Positions 1 through 9,911 of a DNA stretch of 64,000 bases are shown here, piece by piece. A model generated the notes under the pieces. It did not search any database, was not told the DNA's origin, and saw only the letters and a list, made by a program, of their open reading frames with translations. The translations under genes and the position numbers were made by a program. The DNA comes from an uncultured Halioglobus sp. (GTDB taxonomy: Bacteria > Pseudomonadota > Gammaproteobacteria > Pseudomonadales > Halieaceae), in NCBI GenBank assembly GCA_964461965.1, contig CAYWWD010000010.1, positions 18-64,017 on the forward strand. The letters are read 5' to 3'. Numbering within the stretch: the stretch's first letter is position 1; the number at the start of each line of letters is the position of its first letter.

Positions 1-523
1 CCGGGTCGGAGAACAGCGCCTGGGCCAGCAGCACGCGCAGTTTCCAGCCCGGCGCCACCTGGCTCATTGGCCCGTCATGCAATTCCTGTGCGATGCCGGC
101 GGCGATGAGGATCTCGCCGGCGCGGCTCTCGGCACTGTAACCGTCCAACTCGGCGAAACGGACTTCCAGTTCCGCAACCGCCATGCCCTCGTCTTCCGAC
201 ATCTCGGCCAGGCTATAAATACGGTCACGCTCCTGTTTCACCTGCCACAGTTCCTCATGCCCCATCAGCACCGTGTCGATCACGCTGTACTGCTCGTAAG
301 CGAACTGGTCCTGGCGCAGTGTGCCGACGCGCTCGTTCGGCGTAATGGAGACATTGCCCGCCGTGGGTGCAAGGCTGCCGTCGAGAATCTTCATGAACGT
401 CGATTTGCCGCAGCCGTTGGCGCCGATCAGGCCGTAGCGGTTGCCGTCGCCGAACTTCACCGAGATGTTCTCGAACAGGGGTTTGGCGGCAAACTGCATA
501 GTGATATTAGCAGTGGAAATCAC
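1..523 (-). CDS. ybiT: ABC-F family ATP-binding protein (YbiT-like), 5' part; runs off the window
   Basis: Manual translation from GTG at 523: [47 protein letters not shown], with Walker [10 protein letters not shown] and a YbiT-like N-terminus. Not in the supplied ORF track because it is truncated. Confidence 0.85.
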   Translation of the reverse strand, partial: MISTANITMQFAAKPLFENISVKFGDGNRYGLIGANGCGKSTFMKILDGSLAPTAGNVSITPNERVGTLRQDQFAYEQYSVIDTVLMGHEELWQVKQERDRIYSLAEMSEDEGMAVAELEVRFAELDGYSAESRAGEILIAAGIAQELHDGPMSQVAPGWKLRVLLAQALFSDP

Positions 524-670
524 GGGCGGGTCCTGGTGGGGGCGTTCAGTTCGGGTGTCGAGGAGGCGGGCGTGCAAAAAGGGGCGTACTTTAGACGCTT
601 GCAGGCCACAGGTCGAGCCCGTGCTGCGGTAATAATCCGAATCGCGGGTAATGAATACCCGCCGTGGAAT

Positions 671-1927
671 TCAGGGCAACTGCGCCTCTAACAGGCGCAG
701 CTGATTTTTGAGCCAGGATGACAACCAGAAGTTGTCGCTGTCCTGCAACAGCGCTGTATGCGCCTCGATGGCGGCAGCGACCGCTCCCGGCGCTTCGCGT
801 CCCAGCGGCAGCACGATATCCAGCAGGTGCAGGGCTTCCACATAGTCCCGTTGCGCGAGCTTCTCCTGCGCGCGCTGCACGATAGCCGCAGGCCCTCCGG
901 CAAGTTCGATCAGGTCGGCGTGAATCGCGCTGCGCGGTGCGCTGTACAGTTCGGTGGTCGACTGATGCTTGAACCAGCCCGCGTAATTCTCCCAGATCGC
1001 GCGCACGCTCCAGGAGACCTTGCCGTAGCCCTCGCCCACCTCCAGCGCCGGCGGCAATTGAATCCGTTCCATGAGGATGTGCAGGTCTTCACCGGCATTC
1101 ATGCCCTTCACTGTTTCATCGTGCACGTAGAGGATAGCATCGCGCAGCACGGTCAACTCCGTCTCAATCAACGCGGCGCCCCGCACCGGCTCGTGGTGGC
1201 CGTAGAGAATCATCTCGGCACCGAGATCCAGCACCTTCTGCGCTGCGGCCGCCACGGTCAGCGCATCGCGATAGCGATCACCGCGAATGGTCACCAGGTT
1301 GGGAAAGTGCCCGAACGGGCAGCCGAACAGATTCCCGGTGAGGCAGATCCGGTGCTGCGGCAGCCAGACAATCAGCGAGTCGTTGGTCTCCGCGCCTGGC
1401 ACGGCGATGAGCTCCACCTGCAGCCCGCCCAGTTCGAACGCGTACTGACCATCCACCAGGATGTCCGGCACGGGGACATCCTGCGGCGGAAATGCCTGCA
1501 GGTTGTGCTGTGCGTAGTGTTCGAACGCGCTGGCAAATTTGTCACTGAAGGCAAAGGCGGAACGGCTGCCGCGAAATGCCGCCAGCCGCCCGTCGTAGGC
1601 TTGGTGCTCCGGATTCCCGGCCTGCGCAATCACCTTGAGGCCCGGGTTGCGTTCACGGAAGTACGCGACGCCGCCAACGTGGTCCACATGACCCTGGGTG
1701 AGTATCAGGTAGCGCAGCGGTGCGCTGGAGATTTGCGCGAAGTTGTGCGCAATGACCGGCGCCTCGATCCCCATACCGGCGTTCACCTGTATGTTTCCAT
1801 CGGGCGTTTGCAGCAGGTAACTGTTGGAGAACGCCTCGGACAGGGCGATGAAATCATTAATGCGCTCACCACCAAACCGCGCGGGGTTGGGCTCGACGGG
1901 GCGGGATTTGTAGAGTGGGACTCTCAT
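671..1927 (-). CDS. MBL-fold metallo-hydrolase, alkyl/aryl-sulfatase (SdsA-like) family
   Basis: TQGHVDHVGG (HxxxDH), PGAETND, FPNLVTIRGDRYRD, and a GEGYGKVSWSVRAIWENYAGWF dimerisation-domain motif. Confidence 0.8.
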   Translation of the reverse strand: MRVPLYKSRPVEPNPARFGGERINDFIALSEAFSNSYLLQTPDGNIQVNAGMGIEAPVIAHNFAQISSAPLRYLILTQGHVDHVGGVAYFRERNPGLKVIAQAGNPEHQAYDGRLAAFRGSRSAFAFSDKFASAFEHYAQHNLQAFPPQDVPVPDILVDGQYAFELGGLQVELIAVPGAETNDSLIVWLPQHRICLTGNLFGCPFGHFPNLVTIRGDRYRDALTVAAAAQKVLDLGAEMILYGHHEPVRGAALIETELTVLRDAILYVHDETVKGMNAGEDLHILMERIQLPPALEVGEGYGKVSWSVRAIWENYAGWFKHQSTTELYSAPRSAIHADLIELAGGPAAIVQRAQEKLAQRDYVEALHLLDIVLPLGREAPGAVAAAIEAHTALLQDSDNFWLSSWLKNQLRLLEAQLP

Positions 1928-1944
1928 GGTGACACCAGATTGAT

Positions 1945-3213
1945 TTAAACGACTTCCACCTGCACGGGAAAGCGGTCGAAGTAAAAAGCGAAGCGCTCGC
2001 GCAGCTGCGCCGGCTCCACGCCAAAATCACCGCGCAGGTCATACACCACGCGACCATCCCGGCCGCGCGCATGCCCGGCGAGAAATTGTTGCAGTTGTGT
2101 GCGCGCCGGTGCCGTCAGCTCCAGTTGCGCCCTGGCGTAGATTTTCTCCACCATACCGATGTCATCGGCCATGAACTCATGAAACAGCACATCGATGCTC
2201 TCGGTAGTCGGGATGACATCGCGATCCCGTACACAGGCCTGCAACAGGTGCAGTACGCGATCGCTCCAGTACGCAATCAACGCCTGCGGATCCACGCGTT
2301 TGCGATTGATGCGCTGGCCGTATGCCAGCATGGTCGCGGCGGATTGGATGACCGACACCGGGTCGCGGTGCGTGATGGCCACCGTGGCATCCGGGAATAC
2401 CCGCCGCAGTACCGGTAATTGTTCGAGGTGTTGCGGGCACTTGAGCACCCAGCGGGTGTTCTCACCGGTGGCGTCCCCGTCCTGCCAGGTGAGGATCTTC
2501 AACACCGTCTTCATGTAGTCGTAATGCGGGGTCTGGTCGCAGGCGTAGTAGGTGTCGCGCCAACGCGGCGACACGGCGAGCCACTCGTAGTTGTAGGAGG
2601 CGAAGTCCGGCCCCATCAACTCCAGCTCCTCGTGGATGTGATCCGGGTTCATCGGGTGCATCGCGGCCAACAGCGGCGACATGAATTGCATCATCTGCCA
2701 CTGATCGGCGCAACGCTGGTAGCGCGGATCCACACCGTTCGCCGATAGTCGCTCTCCCGGCAGCGGCACCGGTTCATAGGACTCCCACAGCGGCAGGGAG
2801 CGCAACCGGGTATCGGCGGCCATCAGGTTGAGGAGGTGCGTCGTGCCCGAGCGCGGCAGGCCTGCGACAATAATCGGTGCACGTATCGCGACCTGGTGAA
2901 TTTCGGGGTGGCGCTTCAGCACATCCTGTATCAGCAGCCGGCTGCGGGCGTGTTGCAGCAGCTTATTGCGCAGCGAGAGCCGGCCGAGGTTGGTAAGACC
3001 TGTATCGCTCCCCCACTCATCGCACAGCAGGTCGAGGCGGTGCATGAACTCCGCCGGACCAGAATCCTCAAGGCCCGTCGCGCGCCGCGCTTCCTGCAGA
3101 ATGCTCGCGCTTGAAAGCTCGATCCGCAGCGTGTCCGCGTAATCGAGCGCGCCCTGTTGCGTGGCAGTGAGGATGGGCTGTGCCAGATCGGTGATGCGGA
3201 TGTCACCGCTCAT
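1945..3213 (-). CDS. Sulfotransferase (Stf/Sulfotransfer_3 type)
   Basis: PAPS-binding GLPRSGTTHL, WVLKCPQHL and THRDPVSV motifs. Confidence 0.88.
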   Translation of the reverse strand: MSGDIRITDLAQPILTATQQGALDYADTLRIELSSASILQEARRATGLEDSGPAEFMHRLDLLCDEWGSDTGLTNLGRLSLRNKLLQHARSRLLIQDVLKRHPEIHQVAIRAPIIVAGLPRSGTTHLLNLMAADTRLRSLPLWESYEPVPLPGERLSANGVDPRYQRCADQWQMMQFMSPLLAAMHPMNPDHIHEELELMGPDFASYNYEWLAVSPRWRDTYYACDQTPHYDYMKTVLKILTWQDGDATGENTRWVLKCPQHLEQLPVLRRVFPDATVAITHRDPVSVIQSAATMLAYGQRINRKRVDPQALIAYWSDRVLHLLQACVRDRDVIPTTESIDVLFHEFMADDIGMVEKIYARAQLELTAPARTQLQQFLAGHARGRDGRVVYDLRGDFGVEPAQLRERFAFYFDRFPVQVEVV

Positions 3214-3249
3214 GCGGACAGCCCGGCACAGTGCAAAGCGTCGATGCTG

Positions 3250-3918
3250 CTACTGTTTACTGATCGCAGCGAGGTGGGAATTCAGCAGCTGCGCCCAGCG
3301 CTGCACCACGCGATCAAAGTCGGCGGTGTTAGTGACGCCATTGGCAACCTGCGCCAGGCCGGCATCATCGGCTGCCTCAGGGTCGATTACCCGCGCAATC
3401 AGGTCGCCGGTCTTGCCGTCGAGAAATTCGACATACAACGTCATGCTGCCGGCGCTGGCGACGAACGTCTGCTCCATACCCGGTGTCATCAGGTCTGGCT
3501 GGGTGACCTGCAGATTGACAATTGCCGGGCGCAAGATGAGCACACCGTCGCCGCCGGTGCTCACCAGCTGGCGGCCATCTGCGGTGAGCACCCGTGTCAT
3601 TTCTGCGTTGAACTCACGCGCGACATTGGCACGGATTGCCTGCATCTCTTTATCGGTGACTTGATTTTCGAAGGTTGCCTCTTCGTTGTAATCGCGTTGC
3701 CAGTTTTTGGCGAAGGAAACGTAGGTTTCCAGCAGCGCGATCTTGCTGTACTGACTCAGGTTCGCCCCGGGCTTCTTGTACACCGCAGCCACCGTGGTGC
3801 CCGGCACCAGTACCAGGCCGTCGGGGCTCTGGGGCGGAAAGCCCGGTTTGGTGGTCGCGGCACAGGCAGCCAGCATCACCATTGCCAGGGAAACCAACGC
3901 ACGTTGCAGCATGATCAT
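3250..3918 (-). CDS. DUF3313-like lipoprotein
   Basis: Lipobox MLAAC after a hydrophobic stretch; SAGSMTLYVEFLDGKTGDLIARVID is typical of DUF3313. Start placed at ATG 3918, with GAGG upstream. Confidence 0.7.
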   Translation of the reverse strand: MIMLQRALVSLAMVMLAACAATTKPGFPPQSPDGLVLVPGTTVAAVYKKPGANLSQYSKIALLETYVSFAKNWQRDYNEEATFENQVTDKEMQAIRANVAREFNAEMTRVLTADGRQLVSTGGDGVLILRPAIVNLQVTQPDLMTPGMEQTFVASAGSMTLYVEFLDGKTGDLIARVIDPEAADDAGLAQVANGVTNTADFDRVVQRWAQLLNSHLAAISKQ

Positions 3919-4108
3919 TGCCTCTTGAATAATTATTGATGGAAAAAGCCCTGCTAACCTAGTGCATACCCCACGACAAATCAATCCGGGAAAGCTGCGT
4001 GCGCGAAACTCGCGAGCATGAAATGTTATACCCAATCAGGGCACTGGTGGATCGCAAGGCACACTGGTAGCATGACCGGCCACCAGCGTAATTTCGGGGG
4101 CGACAGCC

Positions 4109-4609
4109 ATGTTTGACCGCGGCAGGAATAAAACACCGGCGACTCCGCCCAACGAACATTTCACTCCCCAGGCCCCTGCTGTTCCCACTGCCCCTGTCGC
4201 CTCGAGGAGTGTTGCCATGATCGGACCCAGCATCGTCATCAAGGGTGAAGTCACCGGAGCGGAAGACCTGCTCATCCAGGGTCGCGTCGAGGGCAACATC
4301 AACCTGAACGGCAACCAGGTCGCCGTCGGCGAAACCGGCGAGGTCGCTGCGAATATCCAGGCCAAGGTCATTAAAGTGGACGGCAAGGTCACCGGCGATA
4401 TCAGCGGTATCGAGAAAGTCATTATTTCCCGCTCCGGCAATGTGCATGGCAATATCGTGGCGCCGCGCGTCACACTGGAAGACGGCGCTATTTTCAAAGG
4501 CAGTATCGATATGGACCCGGCCGGCGCCGCTGCCGCCAAAACACCGCACACCCTCCACGCACCGACCACACCACTGAAGGCCTCTGGCCTGGACCTGAAA
4601 AGCGTCTGA
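4109..4609 (+). CDS. Bactofilin (polymer-forming cytoskeletal protein)
   Basis: IGPSIVIKGEVTGAEDLLIQGRVEGNI...VHGNIVAPRVTLEDGAIFKGSIDM beta-helix repeats. Confidence 0.9.
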   Translation: MFDRGRNKTPATPPNEHFTPQAPAVPTAPVASRSVAMIGPSIVIKGEVTGAEDLLIQGRVEGNINLNGNQVAVGETGEVAANIQAKVIKVDGKVTGDISGIEKVIISRSGNVHGNIVAPRVTLEDGAIFKGSIDMDPAGAAAAKTPHTLHAPTTPLKASGLDLKSV

Positions 4610-4659
4610 TGGCAGTACAGCCAGTCGGCGAGCTCGCCGGTTGGCAGGTGTAAGCATTC

Positions 4660-5259
4660 ATGCCCGCAGCTCAACCTTTGCGCAATCACCTGCCCACCCA
4701 GGCATCCAAGCTACTGCCGTCATTGTTCAGGCAACTCGACCCTGAAGCGCTGGTGACGGTTTTCCACGTCGGCCCTGCCGTACCGGAAACCGTGGACTTC
4801 TTCTGCGGCTACCGCTGCAAGCTGCATTTCGTCGATGTGTTTGCCGAACTCCCGATCGTCGCCACGGACGCAGCGCCTCTGGCCGTACTGGATCGATTCT
4901 CCGCGCTACTGCGACTGCCCCGCGACACGCGCTTCGACATCTGTCTGTTCTGGGATATTTTTAACTACCTCGACCGTGAAGCCATCCGGGCATTTGTATC
5001 ACGACTGCAGCCCTACCTCCACCCGCACAGCCTGGCTCACGCATTTTCTGTGCACAATCGCAATGCGCCCGAGGGCAGGCACCTCTACGGCATCCAACAG
5101 GTCGATACCCTCAGCTGCCGGCGCCGCGCGATTCCTCCGCCGGGATATGCACCGCACAGCCAGCGCGAGCTGATTGAAATGCTGCACTGTTTCCGCCTCG
5201 AGCGCAGCGTGCTGCTCCCCGACAGCCGACTCGAATTGTTGCTGCAGGCCAAACCCTGA
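4660..5259 (+). CDS. Hypothetical protein with a degenerate class I SAM-methyltransferase-like fold
   Basis: VFHVGPA (motif I-like) and FDICLFWDIFNYL (motif IV-like); directly downstream of bactofilin. Confidence 0.5.
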   Translation: MPAAQPLRNHLPTQASKLLPSLFRQLDPEALVTVFHVGPAVPETVDFFCGYRCKLHFVDVFAELPIVATDAAPLAVLDRFSALLRLPRDTRFDICLFWDIFNYLDREAIRAFVSRLQPYLHPHSLAHAFSVHNRNAPEGRHLYGIQQVDTLSCRRRAIPPPGYAPHSQRELIEMLHCFRLERSVLLPDSRLELLLQAKP

Positions 5260-5351
5260 CACCGCCTTCGCAGCAGCAGTCACTGCTGCGGCGCGAACTC
5301 TCCCTCCCGCGCACCCTGTGCGGGGCTGCGGATTGACCTATACTCCCTCGT

Positions 5352-5909
5352 ATGAAACGAACCAGCGTACAACATCTGCTCCCGGCCCTGTCTCTGCTGT
5401 GCTGCACGAGTGTCATGTCGGCAACCATCTATAAATCCGTCGACGCCAACGGCGTGGTCACCTACTCAGACACCAGACCACGGGAAGACGTCCTGGTTGA
5501 AACACTGGTCATAGAGGAACGGGAACCGCCCCAGGGCGAGACAGCACAGCAGCAACTGCAGGAGATGCGCGAGACAACCGACCGCATGGTAGCGGATCGT
5601 ATGGCGCGGGAGCGGCACCGCGCCGAGTTGCGCCAGCTTGATAGAGAGCCTGCGGCTGAGGACACGACACCGGAGCTGGCTGAGTACTACACAAACCCGG
5701 TCGTCGATACCGGGTATCCCGTGTTTCCCGGCTGGCGACCGTGGCATCGCCCGCGACCGCCGTACCCGGTACACCCCGGCACACGGCCGCCGCTGCTGCC
5801 ACTCGATCCACCGAATACCGCCGGCACTCGGCCACCACCGAGCAGCGATTATCCGGCATCGCTGGTGCGCCGGCATTACAACCCCAAAGTCAGGGCCTCA
5901 CTGGACTGA
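5352..5909 (+). CDS. DUF4124-domain exported protein with Pro-rich tail
   Basis: Signal peptide followed by TIYKSVDANGVVTYSD, the DUF4124 signature. Confidence 0.8.
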   Translation: MKRTSVQHLLPALSLLCCTSVMSATIYKSVDANGVVTYSDTRPREDVLVETLVIEEREPPQGETAQQQLQEMRETTDRMVADRMARERHRAELRQLDREPAAEDTTPELAEYYTNPVVDTGYPVFPGWRPWHRPRPPYPVHPGTRPPLLPLDPPNTAGTRPPPSSDYPASLVRRHYNPKVRASLD

Positions 5910-5934
5910 GCGCGCGCCGCGCGCCCGGTACCAC

Positions 5935-6957
5935 CTAGAAGCGGCGCAGCAGTGACGCGCCCACTGTCCACATGCTGAAGTCGTTGAATTCGATATTGTT
6001 GTCGAGATCCGCATAGTTGACGCTGAGCGTCGGCGACCATTTACCAAGGAAATCGACGCAGCCCGGGAATGAGACCGCCGAGGCGAGACCGAAACCGCTG
6101 GCGCCATTCTTGTTGCCAAAAATCGGGTTGGTTTTATCGCCGCTCAGATCGGTGTAAGACACCTTATTCACCCAGATCGTGTGCTGGCCTTCATAGTTGT
6201 GCGCCAGCGAGATCACCACGCCATCCTGCGACATGGCGCCGCCATCGAGATCGCGATCCACATACGCAACGGCAGGCCGCACGGAGTGGCGCTCATCCAC
6301 TTTGTAAAAATAGCTCACCTCGGCGGTGGTGATATCGCCATTGCGATCGAGTAGATGCTGCTGGGACGGCGCGAGATCGTCGCTGGCGACCAGCGCGTTA
6401 CCGCTGAATTCATCATCGATATCGCGCTCTTTCACGGCGACTTCCAGACCGAAGCCGGAACCGAACATGCCGTCCCAGGTCAATTGCACGCCGGAGGTCT
6501 CCATATCCGTGCTCTTGCGGTTCACACCCGTCTGGTACGGATCGGCATAGACCCGGGTCGCCAATCCCGCGGGCGACAGCAGGTCGAGGCGCGTCTGTCC
6601 CAGCGAGTCGAAGTCGTGGCGCAGTGACAGGCGCGTGGTGCGATCGAACTCGATGAGGTCGCTGAAATCATTGGCGATGGAGAGGCGCGTCCTGCCGCCC
6701 GAAAACACATAGCCGATGTCGAAGTTAGCGACGGGCATGCCGAGTCCCTCGGACTCGGGGCTGCCAAAGTCATCGATACGCTCCGGGCCGAGGTCGATAT
6801 TAGGGCCGTCAATTTCCGCGAGGAAATTGGTCTCGATTTCACCGCCGGCATAACCCAGGTTCACCAGGCCGTCGAAACCGGGCTCACCCATGGGTGGCAG
6901 TGCCAGTGCGGGTAGCGAAATACCGGTCAGAAGCGGGAGGAGCAGACGTGTTTTCAT
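5935..6957 (-). CDS. Outer-membrane beta-barrel protein (DUF2860-like)
   Basis: Signal MKTRLLLPLL..ALA, amphipathic strands, YADPYQTGVNRKSTD motif, C-terminal Phe. Confidence 0.7.
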   Translation of the reverse strand: MKTRLLLPLLTGISLPALALPPMGEPGFDGLVNLGYAGGEIETNFLAEIDGPNIDLGPERIDDFGSPESEGLGMPVANFDIGYVFSGGRTRLSIANDFSDLIEFDRTTRLSLRHDFDSLGQTRLDLLSPAGLATRVYADPYQTGVNRKSTDMETSGVQLTWDGMFGSGFGLEVAVKERDIDDEFSGNALVASDDLAPSQQHLLDRNGDITTAEVSYFYKVDERHSVRPAVAYVDRDLDGGAMSQDGVVISLAHNYEGQHTIWVNKVSYTDLSGDKTNPIFGNKNGASGFGLASAVSFPGCVDFLGKWSPTLSVNYADLDNNIEFNDFSMWTVGASLLRRF

Positions 6958-7141
6958 GGGTTGCGGAGCCTCTTGTCGTTGGATGTGCGCGGGGCAAGGC
7001 AAAGTGTAACGACGACAACAACGCCGAACCTACAGCGGAAGGTGCTGAATATTCACACTCCCATTTCTCATTACACAGGTCGCGGTGCGCGTGCCCTACA
7101 ATGACGCCTCCTGTCTCCAACCTCATGGTGTTCAACTGCAC

Positions 7142-7999
7142 ATGCCCGAACCCCGAGAATTTCGAGTACCCGTTGGCGATGTCGATCTGGCGGTAGTTGA
7201 ATGGCCGGGGGCCGGAGATCCTATTCTGCTGCTGCACGCCACCGGCTTCCACAGCCGCTGCTGGAACGAAGTGGTGACACTCCTGCCGGGACGTCACATC
7301 TACGCCGCAGACCTGCGTTTCCACGGCCGCAGCGGCGACGCAGGCCGTGTGAGCTGGGACGTCATGGCAACGGACATCCGGCAGTTGCTCCAAAAATTGG
7401 ACCTCACCCGTCTGGTGGGTGTGGGGCACTCGATCGGCGGATACCTGATCGCGCGCGCCGCCGCACACGCGCCCGAGCGCTTCAAGCGCCTGGTGCTGAT
7501 CGACCCGGTGATCCTGTCCGCCGGGCGCTACGCCCTGTTCGAGCAGATGCCCACGGATCCCGGCGCACACCCTGTCAGCAGGCGCCGGAACCAGTGGCGC
7601 GATGCCGACGAAATGGTCGCGCGGTTCCAGGACCGCGCGCCGTTCAACACCTGGCAGCCCGCCGTGCTGCGCGATTACTGTGCGCACGCGCTATCGGCGC
7701 CGGATGACCAGGGCTTCTGCCGCTTAGCCTGCGACCCGCGGCACGAGGCGGCGATCTACCTCAACCAGAAAGGCAACGAAATCGTACTCGATGAACTGCC
7801 TCGCATCGTCGCACCTGTCACGCTGCTGCGTGCCCCGCCCGGGGATGCGGCGCCACCCGACCTCAGTGCGTCGCCAACCTGGCCGGAACTCGCCTCGGCA
7901 CTGCATGATTGTCGCGAAATGTATCTGCCAGAGATGAACCATTTCATTCCCATGCAGGACCCGGCGCTGGTGGCGCGCGCGATACAGTCCGCGCGATAA
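7142..7999 (+). CDS. Alpha/beta-fold hydrolase
   Basis: LLHATGFH oxyanion motif, GHSIGG nucleophile elbow, catalytic His in HFIPMQ. Confidence 0.9.
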   Translation: MPEPREFRVPVGDVDLAVVEWPGAGDPILLLHATGFHSRCWNEVVTLLPGRHIYAADLRFHGRSGDAGRVSWDVMATDIRQLLQKLDLTRLVGVGHSIGGYLIARAAAHAPERFKRLVLIDPVILSAGRYALFEQMPTDPGAHPVSRRRNQWRDADEMVARFQDRAPFNTWQPAVLRDYCAHALSAPDDQGFCRLACDPRHEAAIYLNQKGNEIVLDELPRIVAPVTLLRAPPGDAAPPDLSASPTWPELASALHDCREMYLPEMNHFIPMQDPALVARAIQSAR

Positions 8000-8063
8000 T
8001 CGCGGCACTCCGTCGGGATCATGGTGTATCCTGCTACGGCCGTTCCCACCCTGAGAGGCCACC

Positions 8064-9431
8064 ATGAAGATTCTGCACATCGCCGTTGCGCTGCTGCCTG
8101 TCGCACTCCTGCTCGGCTGTTCCGACGGCTCGGACCAGTACACGCCGCCATCCTCCCTGACAATCGTACCGATGGCAGCGCCCGAGGGCGCTGCAGGCGA
8201 ACTCAGGCCGCTCAGGTTCCGGGTCACCCTTACTGCGCCGCAACCGCGGCCAGTACTCATCGACTACAGCACTGTCGCCGGCACCGCTACCGCGGGAGAG
8301 GACTACCTGGACACGGCCGGCCATCTCAATATCCCGGCTGGCGCCATCGAAGGATTTATCAGTGTCGAGATGATCGGCGATGACGATGAAGAACCGGCGG
8401 AGACGCTGACGCTGAATTTCAGTGCTTCGCAGAACACTGCGCCTACCGCAATGTCCGCACTCGGCACCATCGCCAACGATGACACCGCATGCGATAAACC
8501 CTTCACCAAGGATCCCAACCCCTGGCTGGTCAATGGCGCGGACCCGCTGAATTTTGCGCATCGCGGCGGGGTCACCGACTTTCCGGAAAATACGCTGTAC
8601 GCGTATGCAGAAGCGGCCAAGGCCGGCGCGGATGTACTGGAAATGGATGTCTACCAGACCAAGGACAACCAACTGGTCATCCTGCACGATCTCGACGTGG
8701 ACCGCACCACCAATGGCCAGGGCAATGTGGTTGACCTGACGCTGGCTGAACTGCGCGCACTCGATGCCGCATACTGGTTCGTGACCGGCGCGGGAACACC
8801 GCACGACCGCCCTGCCGCCGATTACAGTTTTCGCGGTATCGCCACCGGCGCGGTAGCGCCACCACCGGGCTACAGCGCTGAGGATTTCCGCATCCCGACG
8901 CTGGAGGAAGCGCTGGCCCGCTTCCCGCACAACCTGATCAATATCGAACTGAAGCCCGACCTGGATGGGAGCGGCGACTACGAGCAGCAGATAGCCGACG
9001 TACTGCAGCGCTACGGTCGTTTCACCGACCTGATTGCCGCCTCCTTCGTGGACGAGGCGGCGAATAACTTCAAAGCCGTGGCGCCGTGTGTTTACACCTC
9101 AGTGCCATTGAACCAGGGCACGGCGCTGGTGCTGGGAGCGCTTGGCGACGGCGTGATGCCACCGGTGCCGGAGCACATCGCCTTCCAGGTGCCGCCGGAT
9201 ACCAGCCAGATCGGCGAGCAGATTCCAGACGATTTCTTCCTGGAAGTGGTCACGCCCGACTTTGTCGCGGACAGCCACGCAGTCAATCTCGCGGTGCAGG
9301 TGTGGACCATCAATACCTGCGAGGAGATGCTGCGCATGATCGATCTCAAGGTGGATGCGATCATGACGGATAAACCGCTGCTGCTGGAATCGATACTCTC
9401 GACGCCTCCCGGCGAACGCTCGTGCGACTGA
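8064..9431 (+). CDS. Lipoprotein: Calx-beta domain fused to glycerophosphodiester phosphodiesterase
   Basis: Lipobox LLGC; IDYSTVAGTATAGEDY..VEMIGDDDEEPAETLTL (Calx-beta); FAHRGG..PENTLYAY..LEMDV..HD (GDPD). Confidence 0.85.
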   Translation: MKILHIAVALLPVALLLGCSDGSDQYTPPSSLTIVPMAAPEGAAGELRPLRFRVTLTAPQPRPVLIDYSTVAGTATAGEDYLDTAGHLNIPAGAIEGFISVEMIGDDDEEPAETLTLNFSASQNTAPTAMSALGTIANDDTACDKPFTKDPNPWLVNGADPLNFAHRGGVTDFPENTLYAYAEAAKAGADVLEMDVYQTKDNQLVILHDLDVDRTTNGQGNVVDLTLAELRALDAAYWFVTGAGTPHDRPAADYSFRGIATGAVAPPPGYSAEDFRIPTLEEALARFPHNLINIELKPDLDGSGDYEQQIADVLQRYGRFTDLIAASFVDEAANNFKAVAPCVYTSVPLNQGTALVLGALGDGVMPPVPEHIAFQVPPDTSQIGEQIPDDFFLEVVTPDFVADSHAVNLAVQVWTINTCEEMLRMIDLKVDAIMTDKPLLLESILSTPPGERSCD

Positions 9432-9490
9432 CGGCAGCCTCACTGGCACTGCCCCCTACAACACACTACTGACCATGGAGTAACAGGTTT

Positions 9491-9886
9491 ATGAATACAG
9501 TGATCGGCAGCCTTCTCATCCTGTGCATACTGCCGCTGGCTTGCGCGTGGATCGGCGGTTACTTCCGCCAGAAACAGCTGGGCAAGGTGGACAACAAGGA
9601 GCCGCGCACCCAATCCCTGCAACTGACCGGAGCCGGCGCACGGGCAGTTGCCGCCCAGGGCAACAGCTGGGAGGCGCTGGCAGTGTTCAGCGCGGCCGTG
9701 CTGGCGGTGTCGATCAGCGGTATCGACCTGCAACGCATCGCCACGCTGGCGCAGGTGTTCGTGGCACTGCGCATCGTGTATATCGGGGCCTACCTGGCCA
9801 ACCAGGACAAGTTGCGCTCGCTGATCTTCCTGGTCGGGTTCGGTATCTGCATGTACCTGTTCTACCTCGCGCTCTCGGCCCACTGA
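9491..9886 (+). CDS. MAPEG family membrane protein
   Basis: RAVAAQGNSWEALAVF and LRIVYIGAYLAN motifs; hydrophobic helices. Confidence 0.85.
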   Translation: MNTVIGSLLILCILPLACAWIGGYFRQKQLGKVDNKEPRTQSLQLTGAGARAVAAQGNSWEALAVFSAAVLAVSISGIDLQRIATLAQVFVALRIVYIGAYLANQDKLRSLIFLVGFGICMYLFYLALSAH

Positions 9887-9911
9887 CTCGCAGGCGGTCG
9901 CGGGCGCGCGC

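Noticed and set aside
77-691. 204-aa plus-strand ORF at the window start
   Set aside because: It is antisense to the ABC-F ATPase, which has a clear Walker A motif on the minus strand.
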